This document shows, piece after piece, positions 1-13,355 of a DNA stretch of 64,000 nucleotides (positions are counted from its first letter, which is position 1; the number at the start of each line of letters is the position of its first letter). The position numbers and the translations under genes were made by a program. The notes under the pieces were generated by a model. The model was not told the origin of the DNA and made no database searches. It saw only the letters and a program-made list of their open reading frames with translations. The DNA is from the human T2T-CHM13v2.0 reference genome, Homo sapiens: assembly GCF_009914755.1 (NCBI RefSeq), contig NC_060936.1. One strand, written 5' to 3'.

Positions 1-1090
1 AGAATAGCCAAAGCAAACCTGAGCAAAAAGAATAAAACTGAAGGAATAACATTACCTGACTTCAAATTATACTACAAATCAGAATGGTACTGGCATAAAA
101 TCAGACACATAGACCAATGGAACAAAATAGAAAACCTAGAAACAAATCTACACACCTACAGTGAACTCATTTTCGACAAAAGAGCCAAGAACATACACTG
201 GTGAAAAGACAGTCTTCAATAAATGGTGCTGGTAAAACTAAATATCCATATGCAGAACAATGAAACTAGACTCCTATCTCTCACAATATACAAAAATCAA
301 ATCAAAATGGATTAAACATTTGAATCTAAGGCTTCAAACTCTGAAACTGCTACCAAAAAACTTTGAGAAAAATCTCCAGGATATTGGTCTCGGCAAAGAT
401 TTCTTGAGTAATACCCCACAAGTACAAACAACCAAAGCAAAAATGGACAAATGGGATCATATCAAGTTAAAAAGCTTCTGCACAGCAAAAGAAACAATCA
501 ACAAAGTGAAGAGACAACCCACGGAATAGGAGAAAATATTTGCAAACTACTCATCTGACAAGAGATTAATAACCAGAATATATAAGGAACAAAAAAACTT
601 TACAGGAAAACATCTAATAATACAATTAAAATATTGGCAAAACATTTGAATAGACATTTCTCAAAAGAAGACACATAAATGGCAAACAGGTATATGAAAA
701 GGTGTTCAGCATCATTGATCATCGGAGAAATGCAAATCAAAACTGCAAAGAAATGTCACCTCACCCCAGTTAAAATGGCTTTTATCCAAATGTTAAGCAA
801 TAACAAATGCTGGTGAGGATGTGAAAACAAGGGAATCCTATATACTGTAGGTGGGAATGTGAATTAGTACAACCACTATGAAGAACAGTTTGGAGGTTCC
901 TCAAGAAACTAAAAATAGAGCTACCAAATGATCCAGCAATCCCACTGCTGGATATCTACCCCAAAGAAAGGAAATCAGTATTTTGAAGAGATATTTACAA
1001 TCTCATGTTTGTTGTGGCACTGTTCACAATAGCCAAGATTTGGAAGCAACCTAAGTGTCCATCAACAGATGAAAGGATAAAGAAAATGTG

Positions 1091-1134
<44 letters not shown>

Positions 1135-1640
1135 TTTCTTGGAGTACTATACAGCCACAAAAAAGAATAAGATTCTGTCATTTGCAACAACATGGATGGA
1201 ACTGGAGATCATTATATTAAGTGAAATAAGCCAGGCTCAGAAAGACAGACATCACATGTTCTCAGTTATTTGTGAGATCTAAAAATCAAAACAATTGAAC
1301 TCACAGAGATAAAGAAGGGTGGTTACCAGAGGCTGGGAAGGGTAGTGGGGGCACAGGGGTTAGAGGGAGGTGGGGATGGTTAAAGCGTACAAAAAATAGA
1401 AAGAATGAATAAGACCTAGTATTTGATAGCACAACAGGGGCACTATAATCAATAATAATTCAATTGTACATTTAAAAATAAATAATTGTAACACAAAAGA
1501 TAAATGCTTGAGGGGATGGATACTCAATTTTCCATGATGTGATTATTGTACATTGCATACATGTACCAAAATATCTCATGAACCCATAAATATATATACC
1601 TACTATGTATCCACAAAAATTTTACATTTAAAATTTTTTA
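1..1640 (+). mobile_element. L1 3' portion (ORF2 C-terminus plus 3'UTR), L1MA1-3-like, decayed
   Basis: ORF fragments 260..529 and 1005..1282 resemble L1 ORF2 ([23 protein letters not shown]; ATTWMELEIIILSEISQ). L1MA-type 3'UTR and A-rich end. Confidence 0.9.
1093..1133. repeat. (AC)20 microsatellite inside L1
   Basis: Seen directly. Confidence 0.98.
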
Positions 1641-1649
1641 AATGACTAC

Positions 1650-2250
1650 AGAAACAAATAAGCAAAGAAGGTAAAAAAGAAATAAGAGATGGAAAATATG
1701 AAAGATAGAATAAAATAAGAGGATTCAACATATGTCTAATCAATTTTAGAGGAAGAAGATAGAGGTAAATAATAGTCAGTGGCTAAGAACTTTACATAAT
1801 TGATAAGACACTAAGTTCCAGGACCAGCAAGCAAGATAAATGAAAAGAATACATCCTGGACATATCACAGTAAAACTACAAAACTACTAAGATAATAACT
1901 TTAAGACACTCTGAGGGAAAAAATTGCCTAAAAAGAAATAATAATTAGATCAATAGCGGACTTCACAACAAAAATAAATAATAAAGTCAGAAGAAAGTAT
2001 AATACCTTCATGTGACAAGAGAAAAAAAATCTATCAACCTAGCATTCTACATTCAGTCAAACTACCTTCTAAAAATGAGAGTAAAATAAAAACATTTTCA
2101 GACAGACTAAAAATGAGTGGTTACTTACAACTCTTACTGAAAGAACTTCTATAGGATATAATTCAGAAAAGGAACTGAGATGCAAGAAGTAATGATAAAT
2201 AAAGAGAATGGTTAATATGAGGCTAAATCTAAACAAATATTTAAAAATAT
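1650..2250 (+). mobile_element. Old L1 ORF1-region fragment (L1M/HAL1-like)
   Basis: caacctagcattctacattcagtcaaactaccttc...aaaataaaaacattttcagaca resembles the L1 ORF1 3' region. Highly diverged. Confidence 0.6.
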
Positions 2251-2324
2251 GATAGTGTCTACTTTTGGCACTGATTTGGCTTCACAGATACTTTGATAAA
2301 GGATGATGCACACTGTAGACACGG

Positions 2325-3070
2325 AAAAGGTCCCACTTTATACACAGGGAATATATTCCAAGCACCCCAGTGGATGTCTAAAACCAAAGATAGTACTGAA
2401 CCCGAATGCCATCAATCAGAATTCATTTCTGTTCATGTCTTCCATCCACAAATTCAAGGCCTTTTCCATCTTAACTAAGCACTTACCGTGCACTATAGCT
2501 GTAACTTCTGTAGTTTGAGGTGCAACAGCAAAACTAGTACAAATTTCTTTTTCTTTCTTCTCAACTTCAGATAGAGGATTCATTCTTACCATAGATCTTA
2601 GCAACCTCTGTGTACAAGTTTTTCTTTTCTTTAGTAAGTCAAGAACTTTCACCTTTTCACTTAGAGGAAGCACTTTACAGCTTCTCTTTGGAATATGCAA
2701 ATTGTCAGCATCACTGCTCTTGTGCTTTGGGGCCATTATTAAGTAAAATATGGGTGACTTGAACCCAAGCAGTGCAATACCAGAACAGTCGATCTGATAA
2801 TCAAGAGGGCTACCAATAGGCAAGTAGTGTCTACAGCACAGAGATGCTGGACAAAGGGATGATTCATGTCCCAGGCAGGACAAAGTATGATGGTGAGAGT
2901 TTTCATCATGCTACTCAGAATGGCATGGAATTTAAAACTTATAAGTTGTTTATTTCTATAATTTTCCTTTTAATGTTTTCAGACCATGGTTGACTGCAGG
3001 TATCTGAAACAGCAGAAAACTAAACATCAGATAAAGGTTGGGTGGGCGGCAGGGGTAGGGGGAACTATTA
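2325..3070 (-). mobile_element. MER44/Tigger7-derived DNA transposon (TcMar-Tigger) with transposase N-terminal remnant
   Basis: ORF 2416..2883 contains MAPKHKSSDA..PKRSCKVLPLSEKVKVLDL, like a Tigger CENP-B-type HTH. Degenerate inverted termini gtcccactttat / gataaagg..ggggaactat. Confidence 0.88.
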
Positions 3071-5739
3071 TATTCTAGACAATGAAAATACATAATCTCC
3101 ACCATAAATAAACAAATCTCTTTCTGGAAAAAGCAGATGGAGCAAACCTGGGTTCCAGTGGCAGCTTGGCTTTTAGTATCTCTGAAAATTCATATATCCT
3201 ATGAGAAACATATTAAAAACCTAACAGATACATCCATGTTGTGTGGGAAAAATTAAAAATAAAATACAAATTTTAAAAACCTAATATGGTTATTGGGAAG
3301 GTTAAATAAGATAAACATACAACAAATAAGATTTTTTAAGTGTTTTATTAAACTATAAAGTAATGACAAGTATTATCAATAATATTTCTATTAAAAAAGC
3401 AATTAGAAAACCTATTTTAAAAGTAACCTCAATTATGTTAATATTAATTACATACATGTATATCCTTTACATTATTCCAAGATAAAAATGCTATGTTAAG
3501 TAGAACTAATGTTTTCATACAATAAGAAGACACAGAATTCTTCAATAAAAACAGAAAAGGTTAGTAGATGATAAACATATTTTTAGCCTGTAAAAATGAA
3601 TCTGTTTTTACAAATTCAAGGTTGCTGTAATTAGCTTCTTTGGTAAGAGAACATGAGAACTGTCAAATGGAATGGATTGGTCTCATAATTCTAAGGTAAA
3701 CAATGGTACCAAGAACTATTTACTGCTATCACAATGTTGTCACATAGTGTACAGAATGTAAATATGTCAAACCCATGGACTTTTCAAAATATAGATTAAT
3801 TTTGTAATAATTTCCTTCTTTTCATCAGAGATTAGAAAAACTTAAGAATATTTTACCAAGGTGTAAAGTAAGATTTAAAAAAAAATCAAGTGCCTTGTGG
3901 CTTATCACACCCTAGACAGAGTCCGTGTCTAATTGTCTAATATTCTCACTCAAATGAGCACTATTCTGTACATCTCAGCATTCTGCCCCAAATCTACAAC
4001 CCATAACCGGCCAGACCTTGAAAAATTCTATTCTTGTGAAATATTTAGTCCAAAACATTTTACAAGAAAGTAGGAAGTCTACAAAGAAACAACACTGAAC
4101 AAGGTGAACCCAAAGGCTCCCATCCCTGGAGATTTCAGTCCTGCTTTTCTTATGGATCAAAATTCTCCATTTTATTTAAATTAATCATTTAAAAAAAACA
4201 AAATTTCCAAAATCGATAATCATGCAGTTTATAACACAGTGACATTTCAAAACTTATCCAGTAACCACACATAAAGCACTCATAACATCTCAGCACCTTT
4301 TAGGGGAAAAAAAAAAGACAAACCTCTGAACACAGTGATGAAAACAGCTGAGCGAAAAGTACTGAAATGATATATATGTTAACATCAATAACTGAATTGT
4401 TGATGAAAGCAAAAGAAATTCTCTCATTGATTGGAAATGCCTGTTAAAGTCAAGCCTTGGTAGCACCAAAGCTGAGAAAAACAAGATAAGTCGCAAGCAA
4501 AAGGGAGAGAAGATGACGTTCATGTTTACAGCCCTGGGTTTCAGCTTCCCTTCTTTTTGGCGTTATATATTTCTGTGACTTCCATGGAAGCTCAGTTGTG
4601 CATTTAAAGGGATGTTTGTTATATTTTATCCAAAATTTCTAGATGTTTTAAAGTCGTTTTTAGGTTATCTATTCTACCAGAGTGCCAAAACAGCAGATGG
4701 AAAAGGGATGCAAAGATGTCAGAGCTTAGCTGCACTGGTTTCCCCTTCCAAATTTAGCACTCCAACCATAATTATCCTGAAGCCTGCGAAAGAGAATAAT
4801 GAGATAAAGACCGATTCTTGATTAAAGGAGAAAATAAAGATAACAATTATGATAAGCAATAATGATTGTGGTGACGATCAGCAGAGAAAATAGCACAGAT
4901 AGCATAAAACTGTGAGAAGCAAGACCCACAACTATTGTAACAACTGGTAAATAAAGATAACCTTACTGGAGATGAAGAAAAAACAACTAGAATGGCATTT
5001 AACTCAGAAATAAAATTCCCTAGTACCCTGTTTGGTACTTAGCCACGTGGGCACCTCTTGGAATTAAAAAAAAAAAACAAAAAAAAAACAAAAGATAACA
5101 ACTCAACTTAGTGTTTGACAACAAACATATGATGTCTGAACAAGTTGGAAGGCAGCAGCTCTTTTGCATTATCTAGACCATATCTAGAGGAGTATGTTCA
5201 ATTGTGGGTATCTAACTTTTAGGACCAATGACAGAATACAATGTGTCCAGAGAAGAGAGTGCCAAAGAATAAAGGACCTAGAAAAACATCGTGTGAAGAA
5301 TAAAGGTTATAAGAATGTTTAAACTGGGAGGAAAATGGCACAAGAGAAATATGACATGTCTTCAAATAATTCAGAATACCACTGTTGCTATTCAAAAGAA
5401 GAAATCTCCCTCTATTAAACTAGGGACTTCAAGTCTTGGTCTTTACTCATTCTCTCTTCCTTCACTTCATATCAAAGGAAGCACCCTTCTTTTCATTAAC
5501 ATTATTTCTCCACTTGTGCTCTTTATTCTATCACTTTCTGCTGCTTCTTGAATTTTGATCATCTCTGCCTCTTGCATCTTCAAGGCAATCTTTCTCCATA
5601 AACATACACACCTTTCCACTATTTAAAAACAAAACAAACAACCAAAGAAACTTCCTGTGAACCTGCTTTCACTTCAAGCTTCTATCCGCTATCTTACTTT
5701 TCTTTATTCCACGCTTTATGAAAAGTCATCTTCCCTCTT

Positions 5740-6220
5740 TTAGGCACAATTTTTGCCTAGTTTTGTTACTGCTATATCCTCTGGCACATAGTAGGCACTC
5801 AATAAATATATGATAAATGAATTGATTACATGAAATTGTGCTGTCTTGGCATTCCTCTTTTAACTGCTTCTTTACAGACCTTTTTCCAGAAACTCCCTGA
5901 ATATTCTTTAATCAGCCTCTTCTGTCTCCCTACATTCTGTTTCTTGTAAGCCCTTCTATCTCATGGCTTCATCTCTTACTCCTCTGAGGCTAGCCTCTTA
6001 GAAAGTTAGCCTCATTTAAGGAGCACATCCAAAGAGAGACCTCTCTGACCCTTCCGTCTCAATCACAGCACCCAGTTTGTTTCCATTATAGCACTCACTG
6101 CAATTTATCATTTTTATGTTGTTTATGTGCTTATTTTCTGTCATCCCTACTAGTCTATAACTCCATGGGAGCAGGAAACAAATTTTCTTCCTCCTGGAGC
6201 ATAGTGCCTGGTAGCATGGC
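5740..6220 (+). mobile_element. L2 3' fragments
   Basis: ctggcacatagtaggcactcaataaat...gaat 3' signature, with a second fragment ending gcatagtgcctgg. Confidence 0.65.
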
Positions 6221-6682
6221 ATGAGAAGTCAGGAGGGGCTAGGGTATCCTCATAGGGAAGCCAGGGTTCAGTTAAAAGTGAAAGAAAGGGAGTTGCTTGG
6301 GTAGTGAGTAAGGTAAGTAAAGGAAGGCCTCACTATTAAGGTGACATTGGAGAAGACACCTGAGGAAAGAAGGGGGAAGAAAGTCATGAGGGTTAGTAAG
6401 GCAGAGGCCTGGAGGTAGGAGTGTACATAATGTGTTCCAACAAGAACAACAAGGTCACTGTGGATGAAGCTAAGTGAAGAAGGGCAAAGAAGAGTAGGTG
6501 GTAGCTTTAGAGAGACAGTGAAACTAAGTAATATAAAACCCTATCAGACACTATAAGGACTCTGGCTTTTCCTCTGAGTGAAATGGAAAACCAATAGAAG
6601 TGTTTTTGAGTAGGAAAATGAAATTACCTGACTGAATGGGATCACTTCTGGCTGTTTGACTGAAAATAGACTGAAGGGAATA

Positions 6683-7080
6683 TGTTATGGATTGAATATC
6701 TGTGTGCCCCAAAACTCACATGCTAAGGCCCTAACCTCCAGTGTGACTGTATTTGGATATATGGCCTTTCTGGAAGTAGTTAAGGTTAAATTGGGTCATA
6801 AGGGTGTGGCCCTAATCCAATGGAACTGGTGTCCTTATAAGGGAAAGAGGAAACATCAGGGAACTCTCTCTCCATTCACGCACAGAAGAAAGGCCGTGTG
6901 AGGATATAACAAGAAGGCAGCCATCTAACAAGCCAGGAAGAAAGCCCTCACTCAGGAATGGAATTGGCCGGAACTTGATCTTGGACTTTGTAGCCTCCAG
7001 AATTGTGAGAAAATAAATTTCTGTTGCTTAAGCCACTCAGCCTATAATATTTTGCTGTGGCAACCTAAGCAGACAATACA
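6683..7080 (+). mobile_element. MLT1A/B-type solo LTR (ERVL-MaLR)
   Basis: Begins tgttatggattgaat and ends cagacaataca. Internal ccttataag and agcctccagaattgtgagaaaataaatttctgttg motifs. Confidence 0.88.
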
Positions 7081-7649
7081 GAAGCCAAAAAAAAAAAAAA
7101 AAAAACGGAGGAAAACTAGTCAGGAAGCAAGAGATGATTAGGTCTTGGACTATGGTGTTAATCTTGAAGATAATGTAAAGTAGTGAAATTCTGGATACAA
7201 TTTGAGCACAGAACCAATAGGATTTGCTGAAGAACTGAATGTAAAATCTGAAAGAAACCGTAAAATTCTGGGCCAAACAACTAGAAGGATGGCACTGCCT
7301 TTTGACAAAATGGGAAAGACTTGGTGATATGCAAATTTTTGAAGAAAGGGGTACAGATGCTAGATTTTCAGCTTTGGAAATGCTGAGTTTGAGAAGCCTA
7401 TTAGTCATCTGATAGATATGTCCAGTAGGGAATTACATACACAAATTTAGAGTTAGGGTGGAGTCTGAGATGAAGAAATAGACTTGGTAATTGTCAGATA
7501 AAGATGATATTGGAACTCAAGAGATTGGATGAGGTCAATGAGGAAGTAGGTATAGACAGAGATGAAAAGATGTTTGAGTACTAAGCCCTGGGACACTCCG
7601 ATGCTTAGAGATCAAGAAGATGAGGGCAGTTAACTATGGAATAGGGACA

Positions 7650-7940
7650 CGATAGATTACATTATTGGCCTCTCCTTTTATATGCTCTTTGCCGTATGAC
7701 TTTGTACTTCTTTCCACTTATATGAGTTGAGTATATTTCTCTTCCTCTTTATTTGAGGCTTGGTTTTGTGACCTGATTTAGCCAATGGATGGTAACCAAC
7801 ATGATGCAAGCAGAGGCCCAAACTGTGCTTGCATGATTGAGCTTTCTCTCTTATGCACAATCAATGCCCCCCTGCCTAGTCCCAGGAGGAAGATAATAGA
7901 CACGTGCAGCAGAGATTCCCAGGCTAACTTACAGCATCAA
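7650..7940 (+). mobile_element. Older MLT1 (G/H-like) LTR fragment
   Basis: gtgacctgatttagccaatggatg..atgatgcaagcagaggc motif. Confidence 0.55.
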
Positions 7941-9274
7941 ACATACTTCCCCCAGCTTCTTCAAGAAGTCACCAGTGAACTAAATGAAAACCAAAAGACA
8001 GTCGTATCTCAGAGGTCAAAAGAAAACGGTGGTTCAAAGAAGAGACAGATACTGACTTTGTCAGTGCTGATGATGAATCAAGTAAGAGGAGAAGCAGGAA
8101 TTGACTGTTGGATCTAAAAGTATGTCAGTCATTAGACAACTTGACAAAGGCAAAAACAAGGACTTTTAAAAGTGAGGGAGTTAGAGTGGCCTCAAGAGAG
8201 AATGGAGGAAAGAAATTGGATACAATGAGTAAAAACAAGCTTTTCTAACTACGTTGCTACAAAGGGGTCAGAGAAAGGGGATGGTAAGGAGAAGGAAATG
8301 TGAGATCAAGAGAGTTTTTAAAAGATGAGAAATATTACATCTTTGCATCCTTATGGAAATGGTACAGTTGAGAAAGAAAAAACGTATGGTATTAAAGACA
8401 GAAAATATTTGTCAGAGTTCCCACGTGGACAAGAAAGGATAGGATCCAATGAACAAGTAGAGAGGAATTAGCCTTAGATACAAACCTAAAAGGTTCATTT
8501 AAAGCACCAGGAAGGAAAGTAGACACAGGTACATTGGCAGATGTGGTGGTGGAAATTTGTGATTGCTTGTGGTTTCCTCAGTGAAATAAAAGCAGTATCA
8601 TGATCAGAGAGGGATGATAGAGAAGGAGGTGTTGAAGTTTTGGAATAGAGATGTCGTGAAATTATCATCTAGGGAAATCAGAGAGTAAATGGATTATAAT
8701 GGATAATTATCGCCTATGTACATATCTTATTTCTGGTGCCACTATAAGCCTTTGAGAGCAAAAGCTGTATCTTACTTAGTTTTGCATCTTAACAGCTCTT
8801 AGCATGGAAACTTGTACTTTTTATTATTAACTTTCTGTAATTTTACTTTCATTTCCTTTAATAGTCACATAAAGTCTAATTGGCTTAAGGTTGTACTAGT
8901 TCTTTAACTCTTCAAGTCTTATGAGAGAAACTTATAAGAAACTCACACAATGAAAGCACTAGCATGATATGGCACTATCGCTATCTGGTTACCCAAAATC
9001 AAGTTCAAAATTCATAAAAATAATTGCTAACTTCAAGAGAAAACTGCCCATTCAACCCTACTTTCTTAATATCTTACTTTGACTGATTCTCTTTATTAAA
9101 AAAATATTTAAAGACTAAAGGGTTTATAAGTAAAGATGATATGAAATTTGCCCAAAGTATTACTTACTATTTTAAATATGTGTTATAATTTAAAATTACT
9201 CAGAGAGTAATGATGCAGAAAATAAACTTCTAGAGCAAATATTAACATCAATGCTGCATTTAAAAACATATGTA

Positions 9275-9582
<308 letters not shown>

Positions 9583-11290
9583 AAAATCACATGTAACTAC
9601 TAGGAAAAGACAAGATCCTCAAAAGCCATCTATAAGTTTTAAAGATTTATTCATAATAACTTGAATGTAATTGAAGTCTAAAAGTACAATACTATAATTT
9701 ACCAAATGGGATTACTTTTAATACTAATTCCCAACAGGTTAGCTAGAGCAGTTTAATGAATATTAAATCTACTGAAACAATTTGAGGCTACTAGCTACAT
9801 TGTTCACTCTCAGCCAGTGAGAATATCAACAAACCTACTTGATATTCAAAAATTTTGCACTGAGTCTGATGGGAAAAACTTGGTAACAATTAATTTGAGT
9901 AATAAAATTAAATATTCACCCCCCCCCCCCAAAAAAAAAGGCAATGAGACCAAAAAAAAAACCAACATATTTTCTATGAACAAAGCAACAATAACAAAAG
10001 CAAAATATCAACTAAGGCTAAATATATTATGGAAGATTCATTTCATTGAGATATATTTTAGAAAGATGTTGTCAGTTCTACTTCCTAGAATTCTTAGAAT
10101 GAGTGTCAATAGAAGAGGTTATAGCAACACAGAAGTTGTCCACCTTACTCAGACATCACCCCGATACTTCTGATTAGGTGTTCAAAGTGATCTAAGCATA
10201 TTGTCTGCCTTTCTTCTGATATGTGAAGAACAAATCTAAATGTGGTGAGGACCAAGCAGACAATCTAAAGGAATGACAATGGCAATGATATAAAATGGTA
10301 GAATGAGGTCGGAGCCTTGGAAAGCATTTACCCCATCTAAAAGCACTCAAATTCAATATTTTAAAATACTCTTTAGCCAAATAATGCACATATGCAAGCT
10401 AAAGGCCACCTAAAATTCAAAGTCGTGTTGGACTTTCAAAGGTCCCCTTCAAATGTCACTTCCATCAATGACTTCTCATGTTCTCCCTCTTAAAATCCAT
10501 ATTTTCCTCACCCGTAGATCCACAGCTCTTTGTTTTAGCATTTATTATATGTCATGGATGGGAGTTATTCTTGCAAATTTTTTGTCTCCTCCACTAAGCG
10601 TGGGGCAGAGATAGTTTTGGTTTTTTATTCTCCAAAAGCACAAAATACAGTGTTTTGCAGAAAAAAAGGACACATCATATACATTTATAAAATTGAATTT
10701 AAACTCTTTCCCTTCTGGTCATGTCATCTAGTACAAAACATGAAAGGATCTTGGTCAGGGATACCAAGAAGCTTACTGACCTCAGTCAGAGGGGAAGTCC
10801 TTGGTTATATTGCAGTCTGTGCAATCAAGTTTAAAAATATTACAGAAGTGTGAAAGCAGTACATCCAGATTAGAGAAATTCAACATTTATACAATAAACA
10901 TCTAGTTTATCATTAAACAACTTTTAGGAAAATAACTTTGTGAGTCACCTACAATAGTAAGCATACCTACTTATTTTCAATACCCCTTTGAGGAGAGAGA
11001 CTGTTTTTCCTTAATATGACTGTTAGAAAAAATTCTTATGCTTTTTTGAGAGGCTGCCAAAGTTGAATAAATAAGAAATTGAGAAAAGATATTACAAATA
11101 TCTAAACTACTAAATAATGCAGGCAAAGCTCTAAAGCAAGCTCTGGTTCAGGGTGCTAGCCTTAAAACTGAGATTGGAAGGCCTGAGATTTTTCTAAATT
11201 CAATAAAGAAAACTCTGGAAATACAGGATTCAATCTCTGAACAATTCCTAGGAAATATAACCCCATCTGTGAGCACGCATTCCACCTGGA

Positions 11291-11803
11291 GTGTGTAATT
11301 ATTTGCAACATTTGCCACATTTAGTCCCTCTGGGTATTCACACCCTTTTACAATTCACGCCCTCTTCTAATACAGAGGTAGACTCTATTTTCCAACTCCT
11401 TGAATATGGGTTGCCTTTATGACTTGCTTCAGCCAAGCAAACATGGCAGAAGTGAAGGTGTACTAGTTCCAAGCCTAGGCCTCAAGAAGCCTTGTACAAT
11501 TCTGTTCTCTCTCTCAGAACCATGCATGCCATGTGAGTAAGCCCAGGCTGACCTGCTGAATCATGACAGAGAAGTGGCAGTCTCACCTATCACCCTAGAC
11601 AACATCCAGCCAGCCTCTGAAACAGAAACACATAACTGATTTGCAGTTGATTTCACACACAAGAGAACACAGCCAAGACCAGAAGAACCATCAGTTGAGC
11701 TTAGACTAAATTGCCAATCACAGAATTATGAGCTAAATAAAGAGTTATTGTGTTAAGCTATTAAGTTTTGGGATAGTTTGTTGCACATCAATGGCTTACT
11801 AAT
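11291..11803 (+). mobile_element. MLT1F/G-like solo LTR
   Basis: gacttgcttcagccaa..tagttccaagcctaggcctcaagaagcctt, and 3' end ttaagctattaagttttgggatagtttgttg..actaata. Confidence 0.8.
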
Positions 11804-11907
11804 AAGGGGAGAAGGTCACAATATGACAGAAAGCAAAAAAGTCTCTGGAAGATAAGAATGCTGCCATTAACTTGGAAGCCAAGAAATAACCATGAAAGGA
11901 GGAAAAG

Positions 11908-11909
<2 letters not shown>

Positions 11910-11943
<34 letters not shown>
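11910..11943. repeat. A34 mononucleotide run
   Basis: Seen directly. Confidence 0.97.
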
Positions 11944-11945
<2 letters not shown>

Positions 11946-11996
11946 CTAACCCTGGAGTTGGGGCTAACTTAAGACAAGATATCAAAAGTAGGCTGT

Positions 11997-12310
11997 GGCC
12001 AGGCCCAGTAGCCCACACCTATAATCCCAGAACTTGGGGATGCCAAGGTGGAAGGATTGCTTGAGCCCAGGAGTTCAAGACTAGCCTGAGCAACAGAGCA
12101 AGACCTCATCTCTACAAAAAATACAAAACTTAGCTGGGCATGGTGGTGTGTACCTGCGGTCCCACCAGCTACTGGAGAGGCTGAGGCAGGAGGATCACTT
12201 GAGCCCAGGAGGTGGAGGCTGCAGTGAGCTGAGATCACGCCACCCACCACTGCACTCTAGCCTGGGCAACAGAGCAAGACTCTGTCTGAAAATAATAATA
12301 ATAATAAAAT
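11997..12310 (+). mobile_element. AluJ
   Basis: Dimeric with (AAT)n tail and J-type diagnostics. Confidence 0.95.
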
Positions 12311-12489
12311 ATACTAAATTAAATTAAACTTTTTAAAGTAGGTTGACCATTCCTTGTGGAGAAACAAAACCTATCCAAATCCTATTCTTCCTACAAAGCT
12401 CACCTCAAATCACACCTTTTCCATTTTTTTTTTTCTGAGTGTCCTTAGGCATAGTGATCATTCCTTCATTAGTTATGTATAAACAGTAC

Positions 12490-12715
12490 ATTACGGTGGA
12501 AAGAGGCCTGGACTTTAATCAGTAAGTCTAAATTCACATCCCGGTTTTATCAACTATGTGTCCTTAGACAAATTTCTTAAATCTTTGAATCTGATTCCTC
12601 ATCTCTTAACTGAAATTTAATAGTTCTCAATCCCAAAGGACAGTTGTGAGAATTGAATTCTAAATGTGTCAACATGCTAAACACAAAGTACATACTCAAC
12701 AATGTTAAAGTGAAT
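12490..12715 (+). mobile_element. MIR
   Basis: tgtgtccttagacaaatt..ttcctcatct..gttgtgagaattgaa core. Confidence 0.65.
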
Positions 12716-13058
12716 TTTGTTCCATTCATTCATTAAACTCTGACTGGATTCCTACTGTATGTTAGGCTGTGTGCTAGATATTGGGACAAAGGAAACAATT
12801 ACTAATGATACCACACACAACTGCCATCTACTAACTTCTCATGTGTATAGCCCTCAAATTAGAATGAGGTTAGAGATTATGCCTTGTAGCTCTTCATATT
12901 TCCCAAAAGTAGGTGGCATAGTACCTTGAACTCAGTAGTTACAAAAGTACTTGTGAACAATTTGATTAAAAGATTTCTACATACAGGTTTTCACATTTGA
13001 ATCCCAAAGCCAAGCAACAGCATCATCACTTTTAAAGCATAGCTAAAAGCACACTCAC

Positions 13059-13355
13059 TTGACAGCTCACATCCATTCCTGCCTCCAGCAGCACCTGCAC
13101 GACTGCTTTGTGGCCATTGCGCGCAGCAAGGTGAAGTGGCGTGTGCTTGCGAGTGTTGCAGCTCATTAAGTTAGGATGTGCACTGATGATCATTTTTACC
13201 ACTCTAAGCCGTCCGTAGAGTGCCGCCAAGTCCAAAGGTGTTTCCAGCTTGCTATTTCTAATTGTCGGGTCAGTGAGCTCTTCTAGGAGAACAGCAACTA
13301 CTTCTGAGTGTCCATATTGAGCTGCACAGTGTAGGGCAGTTTCATTTTCATTGTT
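13059..13355 (-). CDS. ANKS1B: ANKS1B coding exon (probably exon 4), 297 nt = 99 aa: [20 protein letters not shown]...[30 protein letters not shown], three ankyrin repeats
   Basis: Acceptor ctttgtcttag|AAC and donor CAA|gtgagt. Open for 99 codons with TALHCAA, TPLDLAA and TPLHLAA ankyrin motifs. Partly in ORF 13032..13235. Confidence 0.97.

Larger units (their letters stand above)
6300..8690 (-). mobile_element. Long L2 fragment interrupted by two MaLR LTRs
   Basis: Purine-rich antisense L2 motifs (ggaaggcctcact..aggtgacatt; gagtttgagaagcctattagtcatc; ctaagccctgggacactcc) on both sides of the LTRs. Confidence 0.7.
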
